Part shown: piece after piece, positions 59,925-64,000 of the stretch
Layout of the letters: each line of letters starts with the position of its first letter
Numbering within the stretch: the first letter of the stretch is position 1
Assembly: GCA_964016885.1 (NCBI GenBank)
Contig: OZ024744.1
Location: 36,084,001 to 36,148,000, forward strand
Origin: Eledone cirrhosa
Taxonomy: Eukaryota
DNA length: 64,000 nt
Direction of reading: 5' to 3'
The notes under the pieces: model-generated
Told to the model about the DNA's origin: nothing
Databases searched by the model: none
Seen by the model: the letters and a program-made list of their open reading frames with translations, nothing else
Made by a program: the position numbers and the translations under genes

Positions 59925-59928
<4 letters not shown>
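57790..59928 (+). mobile_element. 5'-truncated PLE (linker + GIY-YIG, frameshifted) with terminal HHR
   Basis: NILWFNPPYS, NFPPNHRYRKI, CNCRNPENYPL and NVIYRC..SYIGATSGAFKTRFRAH motifs; ends in (TA)n. Confidence 0.85.
59835..59874 (+). ncRNA. Hammerhead ribozyme variant (U4A)
   Basis: gcct-CAGACGA-gccc-catt-gggc-GAA-ACAtgTGT-A-agagc. Confidence 0.65.
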
Positions 59929-59962
<34 letters not shown>

Positions 59963-60646
59963 AAGGCGATGCTGTGTGGTTACTGATAACTAGTGTTAGA
60001 AGGTAAGACGACACAAACAAGAGATGGACAGTTTCACTTCGTCAGCTGTTTACTACGGGTCACGGATGTTTCGGCGCATTATAAACAGAAGATCTATCCG
60101 TAGCGAGCCCATAGCCTTTTATCTATCAAAAGGCCATGAGGTAAAGAAGCGATAGCGAAGAGAGAGGGTCAGCTGAAAAGACTATAGACTGACTATGAAA
60201 GAGTAATGTATTAATTTCAACTCTTCTTATTAATAACTGCATTGTTTCTTTCCAAGGACTATTTTGATGAATAAACCCCATTTGGTCATTCCATGGGAGT
60301 ATCTTGGTCACCATATGAACTTTTCACCAGATCCTAGTACGTTTTGTCTTATCAGCATTCATCGTTAGAGCGTTCGACAAAACGACTTGCGGTATTTGTT
60401 CCCGTTCTTTCCGTTCTCACCGAGATCAACTTTGCCTTTCATGATTTTCTGATTGGTAAAATAATGTATTAGCCAAGTCCAGGCGCTGGGTGTCGATTTA
60501 ATTGACTGATACTACGTGCGCCCTCAAGGCTTCTTTCTTTCAGTCTTGTGACTACAATCCCATGTATTATCTTCTTTAAAAAATATAATTGCATTGAATG
60601 AGGCCAATCTGAGACAGTCCTTACGAATTTCCCAGGGCTAAGGACA

Positions 60647-60784
60647 AGAAGAAGAAGAAGAAGAAGAAGAAGAAGAAGAAGAAGAAGAAGAAGAAGAAGA
60701 AGAAGAAGAAGAAGAAGAAGAAGAAGAAGAAGAAGAAGAAGAAGAAGAAGAAGAAGAAGAAGAAGAAGAAGAAGAAGAAGAAGA
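60647..60784. repeat. (GAA)n microsatellite
   Basis: Directly visible. Confidence 0.95.
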
Positions 60785-61620
60785 GTAAGAGGGAAACTAC
60801 GGTATAAAAATGAAAATGAAAAAAGAAGATAACCCTAGGATTGTTTTTTTTTTATTATTTTCCGCCAGGGCCTCTTTTCTTAACTTTACTAACGCTACAC
60901 ATGTCTCCAAATAAAACCTTACACAATATCCCACTTCTTTTATATATTTATCAGCTTGTATTGAATATGTCCCACTGTTGACCTGACAGAAAATAGTAGC
61001 CAAATGTCCTAATTTTACACAACTCTCTGTTACTTACAATGTGTAAGGATCATGTTCTGTATTTATCCGACTTGTGTCCAAGGACACGACACATAGCTTT
61101 GCTTTTAGATGAATGATTCCAGTCAGATGTAAATAAATACTGAATATTTGCACAATTTTGACCACGGAAAAGCATTTGTTTCCTGATAAAATTGGTAAAA
61201 AGTCCATTATCTTGGATTAGCCATATTTGTTTTAGAATGCTAATCACGGCTGAGTCGACTTTCCTTGAATAAAGCACATGAGATGAGGATGTCCTCTCAG
61301 GTATTCCGCTGTTTGAAAATGGAATTTTTAATGTTACATGCAAAAACGATACCGAAAGCTGGAAAGTCACTACGGGAAGTGGCTGAAATGCTGTAAATTA
61401 TCTGGCGGTCTAGGAAGCTGTAATATCACCTAAGAAACTAAATCCATCCCAAGCCAAGATAAAGGCATCACACGCTTGCTCAACCTGCATAAAATATCAA
61501 TCAAATCTCGGTAACATCATATTCTCTAGAGTATAATTTTAGTGGGATTTAAAAACAAGGTACAGTTATAAAGACATTCAACAAAAAATGTGAAAAAAAA
61601 TGACAATGGATAATGGCGAT

Positions 61621-62411
<791 letters not shown>

Positions 62412-63146
62412 TTAAAATAACAGATTAAAGTTTAAGCAAAGCATCGTTGCTTTCACCCTTAGCGGGATCTTCTGAAACTAAAAACATCAATCTGTGAACG
62501 CAGAAGTAATTATTTCGAAAAACGTTGCAACCGAAGGAAAACAGGAAGACGATACTTTGGTTCGTGAAGACGTTCCCTGGCAATGAACGGAAAATAGCGA
62601 ACATAATACTTCATCAATGTTTGTCATAATGTCGTAATGCAGACAGCCAGGCATACAGACATATATTATAAGGGTGGGACGGAGATGGATAACCGGCGCC
62701 TAACACCCCTTTAACAACAGAGAATTGAAAAATAAAAGCTGCAGTTAATATCTTTAGACCGCAAGGAATATATAAATGCAGGTTTGAAGTCAATCGGAGT
62801 AGAAATGTGGATTTGTATAGACTTTGCAAAAATGAGGACACACACAGACACACAGACAACAACAGTTTTATATATATATATATATATAGATGTCTGAAAT
62901 AAACGGCAAGAAGGTTACGGCTGGAACATTTTTGATAAGTCTGCTCAATAAAAATTGACGTGGAACTAAACAACAACAACAACAACAACAACACACACAG
63001 CATCATCATTAACAATGACAAAAAGCTGATACGCTAGAAATATTTCTAAGTATGAAATGGATGTAGATTCAAAAATAATGTTTGGGTAGTATTGTGCAAA
63101 TAGTAGTACATAGTGAATGAGAAAGAGAAAGAGAGAGAGAGAGAGG

Positions 63147-63187
<41 letters not shown>

Positions 63188-64000
63188 CGGGGGGGGGGGT
63201 GTTTAGAAATGGTATAAGAGAAAACGGGAAACATAGAAAATGAGAGCGAGAAAGTGTGTGTTAGTGTTTGTGAGGGAGAATTATTTAAAGTGCTTTTGAA
63301 GTACGGCCATATTGCTTTGGGGAACAACGCTATTTCCCGTTTTATTTATTAATGTATTGATTTTATCTATATATTGCTTGGTGTGTATTCTATGATTATA
63401 TTTATATATTTATTTCCATCCGAAGATAAAAAGCTCATAGTCGACATGTTATGACCGCCATATTAAGTTTACTCCATTGTGTGATTAACGATTAAAATAT
63501 ACTAGAGTAGGTAAAGTATAGATGTGATGATATAACTTATGTCTGCATTTTTGTTCTGCAGTACATTACTGACTGACGTTAAGGAATGGGTCTCTCCGTC
63601 CCAGGAAGGATTGAAACTCATTACTGTGAGATAATGAAACACTACACAGTAACTTCACTATTAAATCTATCGGACAACGAATGAGATACGGTTTATGTCA
63701 GTTATGTAGTCCAAAGTTGTGTGAAAAAACAGTAAGTGAACAACAATACTACAGGCTCCAAGTAAATACTTGATTTGGTCAGAGTTACAAAACCAAAAGA
63801 GAAAGAAATCAGGGTTCAACGTCGGAGGCAAAAACCAATGGTTAAGGCATCTATACATATCCAAAAGGTGAAGAAGAGGTACAAAGTTGGACGATGGGAT
63901 GAGTTAACCCTATTTACCCATAAAGATACTAGTGTCTATTTCCATTCTCGCTTCATTCAACTTTCTTTCGCCGTTATTCTTGACTAATATTTATTTTTTC

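Noticed and set aside
63561-63987. Plus-strand exon after ttttgttctgcag and the 70-aa ORF at 63775
   Set aside because: Splice signals are plausible, but there is no recognisable protein or consistent frame.

Overview
Eukaryotic, AT-rich, microsatellite-dense DNA with no intact host gene that I can support. The SINE, microsatellite and TE make-up suggests a cephalopod (octopus-like) genome, which is an inference. The window holds decayed LINEs (RTE, Tx1/L1, R4/Dong-like), a Tc1/mariner transposase relic, MITEs, tRNA-derived SINEs, Helentron/HINE-like elements and at least 6 Penelope-like element (PLE) remnants. The main signal is non-coding. About a dozen distinct type-I hammerhead ribozyme (HHR) families (more than 25 copies, intact or degenerate) can be folded by eye, almost all in inserts sitting in (TA)n tracts. 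Two related ORF-less families have ~428 nt and ~460 nt circularly permuted or tandem units. Each unit carries one HHR and an upstream pair of octamer (ATGCAAAT)-type motifs, and the ~428-nt family shows stem I covariation, so they look like retrozymes. Nearly every PLE or ribozyme insert is an inverted pair with both RNA 3' ends pointing outward into (TA)n and the 5'-truncated ends joined centrally, often at a microhomology. All folds and coordinates were read manually, and boundaries are approximate.
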